Position numbers and translations under genes: made by a program. A stretch of DNA of 63,498 nucleotides, filler included, from Sphacelaria rigidula (Eukaryota): the NCBI GenBank assembly GCA_964200075.2. It is 9 parts of 9 records of this genome, joined end to end, with 100 filler letters (N's around TTAATTAATTAA, not from the genome) between each part and the next. Parts side by side here need not be neighbours in the genome. Positions count along the whole stretch, not along the records: positions 35,335 to 42,300 come from CAXNAA020017162.1; positions 42,401 to 49,366 come from CAXNAA020017163.1; positions 49,467 to 56,432 come from CAXNAA020017164.1; 6 more parts are not named here. The stretch is one strand, 5' to 3'. Below are positions 37,888 through 51,132 of the stretch, in pieces. The notes beneath the pieces are model-generated. The model made no database searches and was not told the DNA's origin. It saw only the letters and a list, made by a program, of their open reading frames with translations. Positions within the stretch are counted from its first letter, which is position 1, and each line of letters starts with the position of its first letter.

Positions 37888-39950
37888 AAATTTTGACTGC
37901 TCGATGGTATTACAGCATGCAACGTACCACGTCCCAGTCTCGTGTATCGCTGGTCTGTCCCACCCTCATCCTCTCCTCGACCAATGCAGCACGCTCTTCC
38001 TACAGACAAGAAAGAGGAAAAAAAAGGAAGACCACCATCAAAATATGGGCACAGATCATATCGAAACTTTCTACATCAAGCAAATGCACATATCGGCACA
38101 AGCTGTATCGATCTCATCGGCACTAAATCAGAAATTGACATCAAATATATATATTTATAATGTTTGTGGGTGGCGTCATCGGTTCATTTTATGATCAGCA
38201 CCTTCATCGAAACATCGCAGCACGGATTCAACGGGCCAATCTGACATGAAATGATTGGTACCATGACAAAAGTCATGGATATCGCCAGCAGTAAAACCTC
38301 ATCGTCCTCGAGAGCGCAACATGTCACAAATCAACAATCCAGTACCATTCACGAAATACAACCGGTTAAACTGAAAAATAAATGGTACGATTTCATCTAC
38401 ATGTGCATATCTCGAGCTATACCAAAACAGTTTCGATGCGGAGTTTTGCACCGTCAGCGCGGCTGACTCATGCACAAACGGCTCTGTTCAGTAACGTGAA
38501 AAACCCCACAGTTGTCGACCTAGGCAAGGGCAAACGGAGCTCGACTCGTGATCTAAAACGTTGGTCGTACATCTATTCGGGGTGAAACGATACTTTGAGG
38601 TCTGGATTGTCAAGTTTCATCCCCGACCAGAACGCAAAAAATAAAATAAAGAAAATGGTGAGCGTGCGAAGTCGGCGAATAAATCAACGAAAAAAGGTAC
38701 ACAAAACACCCATCTCCGGAGAAACCCGGGGATTTTCACCGACCATCCCCGTGTTTGCCCCGGGGATATGAACTCCCCCGCCTGGGTATAATACACATAG
38801 TATTAACCCTTGTTACCCGATGTCAGCATTTGATACCTATCATGGAAACGGTCCTCACGTTTCCCGACATCTCAACGATCCCTCCATTCTAAGACAGAGT
38901 GGTCCACGCGTGCCAATACACGGTACATAAATTATCACGGGCGATCTGCTCAGCTATTACAGCGTTGGGGTTGCCGGCATCAAAGATCAGCCGGTGATAC
39001 TGTTCCAAAATTCCGCTTCGGGCCTAACCGATCACTGCTCGTTATGCCGAAAAGCATCCACCTATATTGCTGAGCCCAACCTCACCAAGTACCGTCTAAT
39101 TGCCGGGGCCCATTTTTTGTCCCGTCACGCTTCCAATCCTTCCTCTCCCTCGGGACGAGTCCGTGAATTCAAGGGATCAACCCATCTCTCCCCCGGTACA
39201 CACGTTACGTTTTGATCTCGCGGATTGGATCATGACCACCAGCACTCCCGCACCACATCGACCCTCGTCAAACAAACTCAGTCAAACCCTCTCTGTCCAC
39301 TCACGTCCTCACGCTTTGGACGGTGAAAATCAGATATTTTGAAGAATAAAAAAAAGCGTCTGGCGGGAAATCGAACCCGTGTTCTCTCCATCCTAGTGCT
39401 GTCGGTTGGAGCAATAGACCACCGGGGGCGGGACGCCTAGTGCACTGTTTTCACGATGTACAGCAATATCACTCGAAACATTAGGTTTGCATACTCCCGA
39501 CGAACAACCACCTCATGCTATATATAATACATCGTACCACGTCGAGTACCCTCACTCGTTCGGTGTACCCGATCGGATAACTCGGGAAACATTTACTACT
39601 TCGCCCTGTCCTGCCTACTCACCCTCGTTCCATGAAAGCGCAGGGCTCTCAGCACGGGGCACCAGCGCTTGAGCTCGTTGAGCCAGTTGGACAGGGTACT
39701 TTTAGGCACGAGAATGATGTGAGGGCCGCTGATACCAAGATAATCGTGCATGTAGCCCAGCACACTGATGCTCTGTAGAGTCTTTCCCAGCCCCATCTCA
39801 TCGGCCAGGATCCCTATTTTATCATGTATATGGCGGGCACGGGCCGAGCTTTTTTTTTTTGTCAATATCATCATCATCATCATTATGAATATCAACATAA
39901 GTTTCATTATCATCAGTATCAGTATCAGTATCAGTATCAATATCATCAAT

Positions 39951-39989
<39 letters not shown>

Positions 39990-41339
39990 TCTTTCACTAT
40001 CACCATCGTTATTATTATCAGGATCAATATTAGTATGAGGATTAGCATCAGGACCAGGATCATTATTACTATTACTATGATATTGTTATTCCGATTGTTA
40101 TCAAATTGATCATTCAAATCGATTATTAGGATAATGTCCCTCCGCCCCATACTGGGGTCAAGACGATTGTATCCGGGTTTTCTCTACTTCATTCAAATAA
40201 AAAATCATCATTTTCGAAGCAGTGTGTTACACTAGACGCTCGGACTGAAGAGGAGAAAACCGTCACTCTTCTCAATTGTCCCGCACAAGCAGGCAAGATG
40301 ATCCATGCCAAACGGTCAAGTTGTTTTGGCTACCCATAGAACCTGAAAACCCTGTATCCTGGACACTACCGATACGACGTACTGAACCCACGCACAGCAA
40401 TCCAGTGTCTTTCGTTAGCGTCACGAACCACCGCGACCTACCCTGGACACCCATCGGGCAACGCGGGGGCCGAACTACGTGCGCTGCTAGAATGCAATAG
40501 AACGCACTGCGATGTACGCTGGTACAAGAAGGCTCTATCCCCGACAATGTGACGAAAAAGCGTAGTGCGCTGCTGTCGAACCCTGTGTCATCTTACTGTC
40601 GGGTGGTTACTCCCGCCTTCGGTTCGAAAATGATTTGTATATTGTGTGCTGACCGCCGGATGTTCCCTGGAAAGGGGTTCACTTTCTTTTCCAGATTTGA
40701 AGCACATTATACAGCACCCAGGGACAGCGTTGGACTTCAAACACCACTCATCTGGTTCAGTCATGCTCGTTGACATCTCCAGACCTGTCGCAGATTGCGT
40801 AACAATCACCCGTGTTCTCCGAAAGTGAGTTTTGTGGTTACCCTGCTGTACCATCTCGGCACTATGCTGTACTGTGCTGCTGTACTGACCACCGTTCCAG
40901 CCGGAGTTCAGCCAACTACGAGCTCTGCTGTTGTGAAAAACGAAAGAACCCACTGTACTACGGTAGAAGTACAGCCTACACTTTGCACACACAGTACGGA
41001 GTATGCAGTCATTTGTAGGCGGGTCGGGAGGCAGCCTCTCATGTCGCGGCGGTGTTATCGGCTCTATCCGTGGTTCTACACCGTTGTGACTGCAGGATTC
41101 AAGAACACTCTTCGTGTCTGGTGCATGCAGATGCATAGGGCATGGAATACAAACTGAAGGGACAAGCCCCAGAAAAAAGTGACATAGCTGGTACCCACAG
41201 TACATCATGCTTCAATTTCTACTCACCGTTAATACCATTTTCGTTCAGGCGAATCATCCAGTTGAGTCCTTCTAGCTGATAGTGCCGCATTGTACCGAAC
41301 TTAATGGAGTCCGGCTGCTTTGTCAGGAATGTTGTTTCC
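37125..41339 (-). CDS. ISWI: ISWI/SNF2-family chromatin-remodelling ATPase, internal fragment; exons 41227-41339, 39623-39813, 37928-37999, 37125-37213
   Basis: The spliced frame reads ...[42 protein letters not shown]...[22 protein letters not shown]...EERAAL...WDVLVTTYEV...[11 protein letters not shown] (helicase motifs Q, I, Ia, II). All junctions are GT-AG and phase-compatible. Confidence 0.95.
37235..37375 (+). repeat. (TCCGTA/TCCGCA)n hexamer microsatellite in an ISWI intron
   Basis: Direct reading. Confidence 0.85.
39356..39436 (-). pseudogene. tRNA-derived sequence (SINE head or tRNA pseudogene)
   Basis: The minus strand reads GCGTC...GGTGGTCTATTG (A-box-like)...GGGTTCGATTTCCC (B-box/T-arm)...GACGC followed by a T-run. 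The anticodon arm is not canonical. Confidence 0.55.
39865..40090 (+). repeat. (ATC)n / (ATT)n degenerate microsatellite in an ISWI intron
   Basis: Direct reading. Confidence 0.9.
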
Positions 41340-41408
41340 CTGCAAAAGACATACAATATATTGACATAAATATTGTTAACAAACGAGAAGCACGGACATG
41401 AAAAAAAA

Positions 41409-41831
41409 CAGGGGTATAATATACACGTTACACACGTGACACATTTGAAAAAATCGGAAAGAACGTAACTTTGGGCCATTTAAGGTAAGGTTTGATTTTT
41501 CGGACGGGACAAATATGACGTAACGTGATGTAACGTGTGGACCTTGCAGCAGTGTCTTTTGGGATATCCCCGGTGTAAAAAAGGCTGTTTTTGTGAAATT
41601 TCAACGTGACACGTGACACGTTACAACTTCACGAAAACAAGCAGAGTTTTCGTCAAATATGGGAAGTAAAACGCTACGTTAGGGTTCATTCAAAGCACCA
41701 CACGTTACATCACCTTACGTTACATTTGTCCCATTCAAAAAATTAAAACATTACGTAGCGTTAAATGACCCGAAGTTACATTTTTTCGAATGTGTCACGT
41801 CAAAGTTTCACGTGTAACGTGTATACCCCTG
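41409..41831. mobile_element. hAT-like MITE with CGTTAC/CACGT subterminal motifs
   Basis: TIRs CAGGGGTATA...CACGTTACAC / GTGTAACGTGTATACCCCTG. Flanks AAAAAAAA and AAAAAACA (7/8 TSD). Confidence 0.8.
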
Positions 41832-42049
41832 AAAAAACAGTCAAGAACACTTGTGCCCTCCACAAAACACGGGCTGCCGCGCGGGCTGTCCTGAGTCCGC
41901 GCTCTACACTATTCCAGCTCAAGTTCATTCATTCGAGGATATCCTCGCGTAAAAGCAAATACACGCAGAAGCACTGATCGTAGGAGAGTGGTCATACCCT
42001 CTCTCGTGAGAACCAACTTAGGGGTGATGTCGCGGTGGCCCCTCCCCCT

Positions 42050-42232
42050 GAAAAAAGTGGCTGATTTGAGGAGGCATAATCTACATACGAATCAAAATGA
42101 CAAAGGCTGAGCACACCGAGAAGCTGAAAAGTCAAACGTTTGGGATCCTTTTCGTCAATGTCGCCGATATGAGGTGCTTCATCCAATCTGGAACCAGATA
42201 TCATGCGCTGTATGGCCATTTTTCTTCGTGAC
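42050..42232 (+). repeat. Dispersed coding-derived fragment; second copy at 49540-49722
   Basis: RIKMTKAEHTE.L...TFGI...NVA.MR...QSGT.Y.ALYGHF is conserved between copies. Both start just after a C-run. Confidence 0.75.
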
Positions 42233-42911
42233 AGGTTCGGGGCTGGTTGGGGGAGGTGGGGGGGGGGGGGGGGCCTCCTTTGCTTCTTGCCTTAGTCATT
42301 NNNNNNNNNNNNNNNNNNNNNNNNNNNNNNNNNNNNNNNNNNNNTTAATTAATTAANNNNNNNNNNNNNNNNNNNNNNNNNNNNNNNNNNNNNNNNNNNN
42401 CCAGATCTGTCAGAAGTGTACACCGAAAGAAAGGAAGAGAGAAGATAATAAAGGACAAGAACCAGGAAAAGACAGGTGCCACAAGGCCACCATGTTAGGG
42501 GTTCAGCTCAGAAACAAAACAAAAACAAAAACAAGAACAACCCCAGACACCCTCATATACGACTACCACAGCTGTTCGGAGAAAGAAAAAGAAATATCCA
42601 TCATGGGAATTGGCAACCAACTCCCGGAAAAATACCTACCCTAGCGTTCTCGGCGGAACCAGCTGGTGAACGATTTGAAGAACAGCGAGGAATAGCCAAG
42701 ATGACAACTAGTGACCCCCCACACACACCACCACCACCACCCTGCAGCGACAGTATGATCGAGTTTTATTCTTTCGCGTGTCAATTCTCGGTGTGCCACT
42801 TTGGCGTTTGGGTCGGAGAGCCATCATTGTAACCATTTCAAACGTGAACAAGCTTCTTTTTTTTCACTGCCAGTGAGGTTTTTCGTTCGGTTGCTGGTGA
42901 TATCTATCTAG

Positions 42912-45900
42912 TTGGAGAGGCTTGTGGTCCCTACCTCGGAGCCTCTCAAGTTCAAGTCCGTCTACGCGGCATCGACGAGTGTGCAGCAGAAGGCGTGCAT
43001 GCAGAGGGCCATCCTACAGGTGGGCGCCGCTATCTTTTCAGCACTGTACAGTGTCTATAGTTGTATTATCTTTCACATCGATTGATTGATTGGTTGTCGC
43101 ACTTTGAGTGATCCCCCAGGTAGTCATGAACCAGCCGTGGTCATTATCCACGTGATAGGCGTATCGAAGACAAAAGCATAAATGAAACACTCGCTGAAGT
43201 GAAGAAAATAGATAATAACGGGACAACGGACCAACAGACTAGACTGAGACAATAAGTGAAAACAAAAGAAAAAAGACAAAACAGAGAAAGAAAAAGCACC
43301 ACAAATTTGCCGGCCTCTGCCACATGGCTTCGGTGGAACGGTCTTGCGCAGAAGCCACTGTCATACCCAATCGTAGAATTTGCATTCTTAATCATTCATT
43401 TTGTGCCATTTATTCGCTTATTCCTTCGAGGTGGCGAGTAGTGGTACGCAAGAAAAGCCGGTCATTATTTCTCGGTGGGTGTCGTTGTCCACGAGGATCG
43501 CCCCGGAACGTATGCAGTGGCATTACGAGGTATTGGATATGTACAGTAGTAGGCTGCTCGTTCGCTAGGCGCATGTCCCGGCCATAGCCGGTGATGCGCA
43601 CGTGTGTGAGTGGTCCCATGGCTGCTTGACACACAACGCGGAACATTGTACATGCGTTGTGTAGTAACAACGCCGCTTTACGATTCAAAACAGGGAACGT
43701 CGACATGATAGGTTAGACTAGCTGGTGCCCCAGTTTCGACGTGCCCAGTCATTCATTCAGCTAGTATTTATTGTACATTTGTAGAGGTTGATCAGTCGTG
43801 CATACTATCCCAACCCTTTTCCCACCCCTCGCCGCTTCTCCGCTTCGTCCACCCATGCGGTGATCCCTGCCTTTTTACTCTGTTTCGTCGGCAGTACTGG
43901 CGCAACCCCACGTATAATTTCATCCGCATGCTTCTCGCCATTGTCGTCGCCGTGGTCTTCGGCAGCAGCTTCATCGATTCAGGTATCCGCATTTACTTAC
44001 GTAACGTCAGTACGAATCCCCGTCGTGTTTTAAGTGGTTGCGTGTGCAGTTTTCACACCGTTATTTTTTATGAATGCCTGAGGAGAAAAGTGCGTGCACC
44101 AAGCACAGGGATTGCTCTTCATTATTGGTTATGCGGATTACCGAATTTCACAGCAAGCAAATGGATCTTCGGTCATATCCCCCTGCCTACAGACACGCAA
44201 CCAATCGCTGTCACCATCATCACCGCCATCATGATCGTTTTTTAGTTCTCAACCGATTTATGAAGAAAATATAAAAAGTCATATTCCACTGCAATTGACC
44301 ATTCGAACCGGAGGCGGCCGGCCTTCCGTCAGAACTACATCGCCGACAGCCCTTCAAGGCCGGTATGCCCCACGCGATGGCTCAGCAACTCTTCTCTTTA
44401 TACGAGTATAGTCCTCGAGGACGACTACCGTGGCGTCTGCAGTATCCAATCCCTGACTGGTGGATGTTGGCGTCGTGATTGATAGGGCAGATACTTATCA
44501 AGTATTTGCCCTGTAGATATTCCTCATGTTTCGATCCCTTCGAAAGAGAACTGTTGTATCATCAATGTGAGGGAAAAAACAAAAAAATTATGAAAGGAAA
44601 GGAAGAGGCGCGCGCACACCACGCCCGACTGTCAGTTTTACAAACGCGGTGCACACATTTTGTTTCGGACCGGCACTATTGTACCATCGCACCGCAACCG
44701 GATCCCGCACGGGGTAATTAGAAGGATGCTGACAAGAGGTCGTACTCTAGAACGCTGAAAAATCGACGAACAGTTTCGTCTTCTTCCACAAGTGCCATCA
44801 TCACCTTCGGTCCATGTCCTGTCCCATACCCCCAAATACATGCACACATGTTAGTCAGTTCGCTCAGCCAGCATCTGCGACGAAAACTCGGCCGCGTCTC
44901 AGTAGTAATGGTAGGTCTTCAATTACTATGTGCTGCATTTACATGCGAAGATTCTTCCGTACTTGTGAATGCATCGAGTTCTGAAGTACGTTTTGAACCC
45001 ACGGTGTCTCTGCACACGCCGCATCGAACAGTGGTGTGATAATCTTCGCGTCGCTGTGAAATTCCGTGTCGAGGACGTACTACTACTATACGTACAGCTT
45101 TCCCATCATCAACAACTCAACTACGGCAACCAGAAAGCTTCCTGATCGGTGACGAATAATTCGACACAATAGCACGGACTGTTCTGCATCACGTATTATG
45201 TCATAGAATGACACATCCACACCGATATTTTGATGCGCTGTCCCTCTCACCAGTTTTCCGGCATTCCTGATCCCCTCCTCTCGCTCTTGCCTCCGCGCCG
45301 CGGTGATATTCCTCTGACGGTAGACCTGGAAGACGAGGCTGATGTCGCTTCGAGGCTGGGTGTGATCTACATGTCCACCATGTTCGTCGGGGTGATCTGC
45401 TTCCAAACGTCCATCCCTTCCGCCGCCAAGGAGCGCATCGTTTTTTACCGCGAGCAGGTATGAGCGATCTTGTCTACTCGATGTACACAACTAACTTGTA
45501 TACGGTGTCTACTTCTTCAGATACCCGTGGAATGGTGTCGACGGCAGCAACAGCCATATCCCGTGGATTGCATCACATTCTGTCCGCTGTGTCAAGTCGA
45601 GCGGCGTCGGGCCGGACAAGCACTGTTGTTGCGCGCATCTTCTTTTTACGTCGTCTGTTGTCTATACCTTCCATATCATGCTGCATGCGCTTTTTTGTTC
45701 AACGTCTTGTAGTCTACTGTGTCGTTCTGTTCGACTTTTTTTCTACTCCTTCGTTTTTCCTAAACGAGTGTTTTAGTTTTGCCTTTTTTGGGTACGTCTT
45801 TCATGCGGCCATGGCTGGACCCATGGGGGGTCAGTTAAAGTGCGAGAATCAATAATAAAAAAAATCAAATGTACATCATCAGTGTCCGTACCTTATGTGT

Positions 45901-48172
45901 CACAGATTACTCCCCGATTGGTTCTCCGGGTATAGCTGAACAGTTGGTTGTGAAGCGCGGCGTGTTTTGCAATGTTGGACTGAACGGTTTCCGCCGTACT
46001 GGTACTTTTTCCCGCATGTTGCATCATGCTGGGAGATATCCATGTGTATTTTAGGAAATGCAACTGTGTCCAGTTTGTTTCCTGGCGGGGATCGTATTTC
46101 GGGGTGTACTCATCATGCATCCATTGAAAACATTAACTTGTACATGCGACCATAACCTCCATCATCTGTAATAGAACCTGAGGACATTTGGGCCGACATT
46201 TCCTCCCTCACAGCAAGCTGTAAAGATGCCATCCATGTATTTTTGTGGTCCACCAACCAAGCTGGTACGTAGTACCCCTCGGATATCTTCCGGGGTCACG
46301 TATATCAACCCTCCGAGAGAATTTTCATCGTAGGATGCAAATGTGTTTGCCTGTATGGGCGCAGGTGAGGTTCCCGTAAGAACCCCGGAGTCTTGTTCGA
46401 ATCTGCTAATTTGGAATTGGACATTGCCTTCAACGAGGACACAAAATGTGGCAGTTGAGCATATCCAGCGCGCTCTAAGGAACGCGGTTCGTTGTACGTA
46501 TGTGTTTTACTTCGACTATTTTTTGTTTTTTGTGCGCTTTTTTTGCAAAACCAACTTATGCGTCTCGTTCGAAAGGGATCATTTTGAAGCGGAAACCCCG
46601 CCGACGCGTTAAAACTACTTGATATCAGTGTGGAAGATAGAAAATCAAGAACACATCACTAATGCGAATAACATGCGCGCATAAAAAACAAAATTTAACT
46701 ACTTCATACATGTAAGGATTTCAATCGGAAAAACAAAAAAAGTGAGGCGGAAATTGCCTGTCTGTAGCGTCAAAAAGCACTAAAGCACACATCGTGATTA
46801 TGTGTGTGTGATGTTTTACTGATTTTTAATCGGACAAAAAAACAAGGCGTCATTCGTAGGACAACTGAATCAAGTTTGAGGAAACACCCTTGGTTTTACT
46901 TGGAGGTTTTTATGCATCGACTCTAGTTTCAGGTCTGAGGAAACGAGGAACGACATCCAGGCACTCTCTGTTTTGGCACAGGGACACGCACGTCAAGTCG
47001 GTTTGTATAATATGATCACACTTTTGCCCAAGTATTAGACTTGCCAGCTCCTACACGAGATTGAATGCAAGTTACATGTCTCGGTTACTTCGCTACAGTA
47101 TCGTACTGCGGCAAACCACAGCCGCATGTATTCTACCTCAATATCCCGCGTAGCATGTTCCCTACATGGAAGACGAAGGACATGTCATGAAACCGTTACA
47201 TGGTTCATGATTTCGTTGAACCGTCAAACGTTGTACCGCGATCTTCTCTGAAACCGATATCTAAAACAAGAAACGTACAGACCGTGCTGTTTGAGCTCGC
47301 AGCATCCACTGCTCACTTCTGTGACTTGGCTTTCATGTGCCACCGTTTCTGAACTAAAGGCCCCTGAGTACGTCCCAGTGACTGATTGATTAATTGTCGC
47401 ACGTTAACTAATCCCCTGGCAGTCATCATCCAGTCATCGTCAGTATCCACGCGATAGACGTACCCAAGGTAAACAAAACGAAAACACTCGCTGAAAAGAG
47501 GAAAGTGGGGTAAATTGAAAAACAAGGACAAAACAAAAAAAGACACGTACGAGCAGAAAAAAAAGGGGGGGGATAGAGGATAACGAGAAATGAAGAAGAA
47601 AAAGCACCGTCCTCGTGAAGAGAACAAACACAAGAGCAGAAACCCGAAACGAAAAATAGTCGGCCCCTGCAGCATGGCTTCAGGCGAAAGAGGTCGTCAT
47701 TGTGTTGAAGAACATAATAAGTTCCGTTACCGCGTTTTGAGTGTTGTAGCAGTCATGCTGGCAGTGCGCTGTCTGTACTGGGAAGCGCGGTACCTGCTGT
47801 CGTCCCGTCTCTACCGCACTTTCGAAGTGTTGATCCACCATTGTTTGAGCTCATGGGTCGAAGGGTACACACAGACTCCACAAGTTGGAGCATGAAACGT
47901 CTCTCGGTGGAGTAGCATAAGATGTATGATCAAGTGTCGACTGTACGGTGTGAAATGACCGTTCGTATGTTCGTCGGACATATTTTGCCAACACTCATCA
48001 GTGAGACCTGAAACGACACACAGGCAGCCAACATGTACGGGGTTCGAGCTTACGCCATCGGATATGCCGTGGCGGAGTTGCCCTACATCTTCATCATTAC
48101 GCTATCGTTCTGCGCCATCTTCTACTGGGTGACGGGGCTGGCCTCATCTGCCGAACAGTTCTTCTTCTACTG
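42912..48172 (+). CDS. ABCG: ABCG/PDR-type ABC transporter, transmembrane-domain fragment; exons 42912-43019, 43895-43982, 45324-45457, 48024-48172
   Basis: The spliced frame reads ...YAASTSVQQKACMQRAILQYWRNPTYNFIRMLLAIVVAVVFGS...ERIVFYREQAANMYGVRAYAIGYAVAELPYIF...IFYWVTGL. YWRNP and ERxVFYRE are ABC2-membrane/PDR signatures. GT-AG, phases consistent. Confidence 0.95.
43080..43200 (-). mobile_element. SINE-like family with (AATC)n tail; other copies at ~17455-17592(+), 45760-45852(+), 47383-47495(-), 53785-53986(+) and 54400-54545(+)
   Basis: Shared 3' end ...GACCACGGCTGG...GGGATCAG(C/T)TAA(A/T)GTGCGACAA followed by (CAAT)n. Confidence 0.7.
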
Positions 48173-49917
48173 GTGAGAAAGACATCATTCCCGCACACAC
48201 GCTCAATGTCGCTGTACCGTAATCGGTCCCTGTAATGTTAACGTTACTTCTCTTATTTTTCATGTTTTTTTTTCACACCCCCACGAATCAAGTGCATCTG
48301 ATTCGTTAGTAAAAATCACGAGGCTATAAAGCCAGACCAGCGCAAAGTCAAAGTATTAGTACAGTATTCGTAATGGCGCGACGACAGGATACAATTAAAT
48401 TGGGGAGTTCGTCTAGATGTGTGCACATACGTAAATATATTTACGTAGTATATCACATGTCCCTGTGGTCCGTGATGTTATGTACGGAAGGTTTTCGAAA
48501 ACGAAGAGAAGGACGCGTTTTTCGGAATTGCGCTGAGTTTAAAAATCACATACAATCTGATGATAGGCACTATGAGATGAGCAGATGGATGTGGCTGAAA
48601 CCGTCGGAAAGCCAAGAGTAGCAGCCTTCCAACTATGTACGATATGCATCATATGTCAACAACCGCTGTTCTTGTGGAGTGGCGAAGAAACTGGGAGAAA
48701 AAACGCAAGTAATGAACACGGCGTCCACGCATGTAAACTACTTCGGAAACGAATTTTTCGAATCGTCGCGCGTAACTGAATCCGTTGGAACGCCTGAAAC
48801 ACGACTCAAAATTGGATGTTTTTAGGTTTTGAGCGTGGAGCCGTTGACGGGATATGAGTGCTTTGTAAGTGTACAACTGTGGAATTTGGCTGCCGCAGAA
48901 TAATCCTAAAAATGTCAAGTTGTTGTACACACCTCAAGACCGGCCTACTACTTGTTGCTTTCGAACTCTAGACTGTCGATGGGTGTGGCATTGTGATATA
49001 CCCCTGTCCATGCAACTCATATGTGACCTTGTTTGTTGGAAAGTTGTAAAACTAACAATTGCTTCGAAGCTCATCACACACAACGAGATTGTGCACGAAC
49101 AGACTTGACTCACTCGAAACAAGAGCAATCGCTTATGATTATGGGTTCTTCGCGCGGAGATTACTGGCCACCATCGTGGCTTTGCATTATATCATTTTGC
49201 ATAAGTTGCAGCTTCGGGTGATGAAATACTTCTTCCGAGATATCTATCAAAGCTTTCAACAGCAGAGACTTCAACCAGGGGGGGGGGGGGGGGGGGGGGC
49301 CTAGCCCGACGACGGAGGAGCGTTTTGCGCGGCGTGTTTTTAATAGGGGTGGGACCCACACCCCCCNNNNNNNNNNNNNNNNNNNNNNNNNNNNNNNNNN
49401 NNNNNNNNNNTTAATTAATTAANNNNNNNNNNNNNNNNNNNNNNNNNNNNNNNNNNNNNNNNNNNNATGCGAGGTCAATGGTCTTATGACTATGGCATGC
49501 ATGATCATGAGTACACCCTCCCCTCCCCTCCCTCCCCCAGAAACGTGGCCTGTTTTGAGGAGGCCAAAATCCATACGCGAATCAAGATGACAAAAGCCGA
49601 GCACACCGAGCAGTTGGAAACTCCCACGTTTGGGATCATTGTCCCGAATGTTGCCCAAATGAGGCACTTAATGCAGTCTGGAACCAGCTATGATGCGCTG
49701 TACGGTCATTTCCTTCGTGACATATTTGCGGCTGCTTCAAAGAGGGAGGGACGAGCATCGCGGCATCACTCTGAGAACCCTTCTATCCACGGCGTGCACG
49801 TGTGTGTTGTTATCCCGCGCATACCAAACTTCACTCACTTTCTCCTTGACAGACAGTTGTGGGAATTTGTCCATTTTATGTGGTGGTTCTCATATCTGCC
49901 TCCCCCCTCCCCCACCC

Positions 49918-50328
49918 TCATGATTTTTTTGCGGTAACCATGATGGTGTTCGAGCTACAGCATCTTGTACTGCGTGGGAGGACCTCAACTCCGCGCAAAG
50001 GGGATGATCGTAATACGTAGTACATAAATGGTGAGACACTCATAAGGCAGTGTGTAAACCGTGGCTTCTCTGAAAATGGCGATGCCAGAAAATGAAGCAA
50101 CTCATTGTAGGTTGTCATCCAAATGCAAGATAATCAGTACGTTTCGGGCCGAACAATCCCAGAAGGATGCAGCTCACCCTTCATGCAACTTGCCGAACAC
50201 ACCACGGCGCTTCGCGCTTGGTGATAAATTGCGAGCCTGGTCCGGCGAAAACCCGGCGTGCTCCGTCCCGGCTTTGTAGGGATGCGGTCAATAGTCGTAT
50301 GACTCTGGCATGTATGATAATGATTACA
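49918..50328 (+). mobile_element. ~410-bp copy of the poly-C-associated element with ~20-bp TSD
   Basis: Flanks are CCCCTCCCCCACCCTCATGA (left) and CCCCTCCCCCCGCCTTCATGA (right). The 5' half is homologous to 56238-56432 and 55887-55985. Confidence 0.85.
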
Positions 50329-51132
50329 CCCCTCCCCCCGCCTTCATGAACCTCTTGGAGGTTGTGTAGGAGAAACTTTGTGCGCCGACTGGCGGTTGGA
50401 ACCTTGCCGTCTATATATCATATCATCCACGTGTGGTAAATCGCCGCAGGAGATTTTCCGCGAGTTTTGCACTCTACTTCAGACGGTAGCTACCATTGTA
50501 TTTTTGACTCCCACCATTGTTATGGGATACGGGATTTGAACCCGGGATCTTCTGTTCGTGAAGCGTACGAGCAATGTGAAAATATCATTTTTTTTTACAG
50601 ACGCATGCGGAAATTTGTCCTTCTTCTGTGGTGGTTCCCACAGAGGCACACAGACAGACGATGAGAGGCCGAAACACTGACGTTTGACTCCCGCACGAGG
50701 CATCATAAATGCTTCATGTGGGGTCCGGTCAACTCGACTTATGAACTTACGAAAATCCAACCACGAGTACCCAGAGCCCGTTTTACTCCTTGTCGCTTAT
50801 ACCCATCGTGTGCGGATGCTGCTGTTTTGTGTAGTCAAGTACCCTGTCGTTCAGGCAGACACATCAGAGTCAAGCTAGCTCAAAGGGCCCGCCACAACAA
50901 TAAAAACAAAAACAAAAACAAAAACATCAACAACAAGGAAATTCAACGGCAAAAGAGAAAGAGTTATAATTGCAAGGGCGCGTATGCATGCAGCGAGGAG
51001 AAAATTAGTTGATCTCTGATCAAGGGAGGAAGGGGAGTGTACACGAGGGGTTGAACGCTACAGAAATTTACGACGACCGAAATTCACTAATAGATAGACA
51101 GATAGATGAATAGATATGCAAAAAAATCTCAC

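Noticed and set aside
39356..39436. Functional tRNA gene
   Set aside because: The D and anticodon arms cannot be folded canonically. Treated as tRNA-derived.
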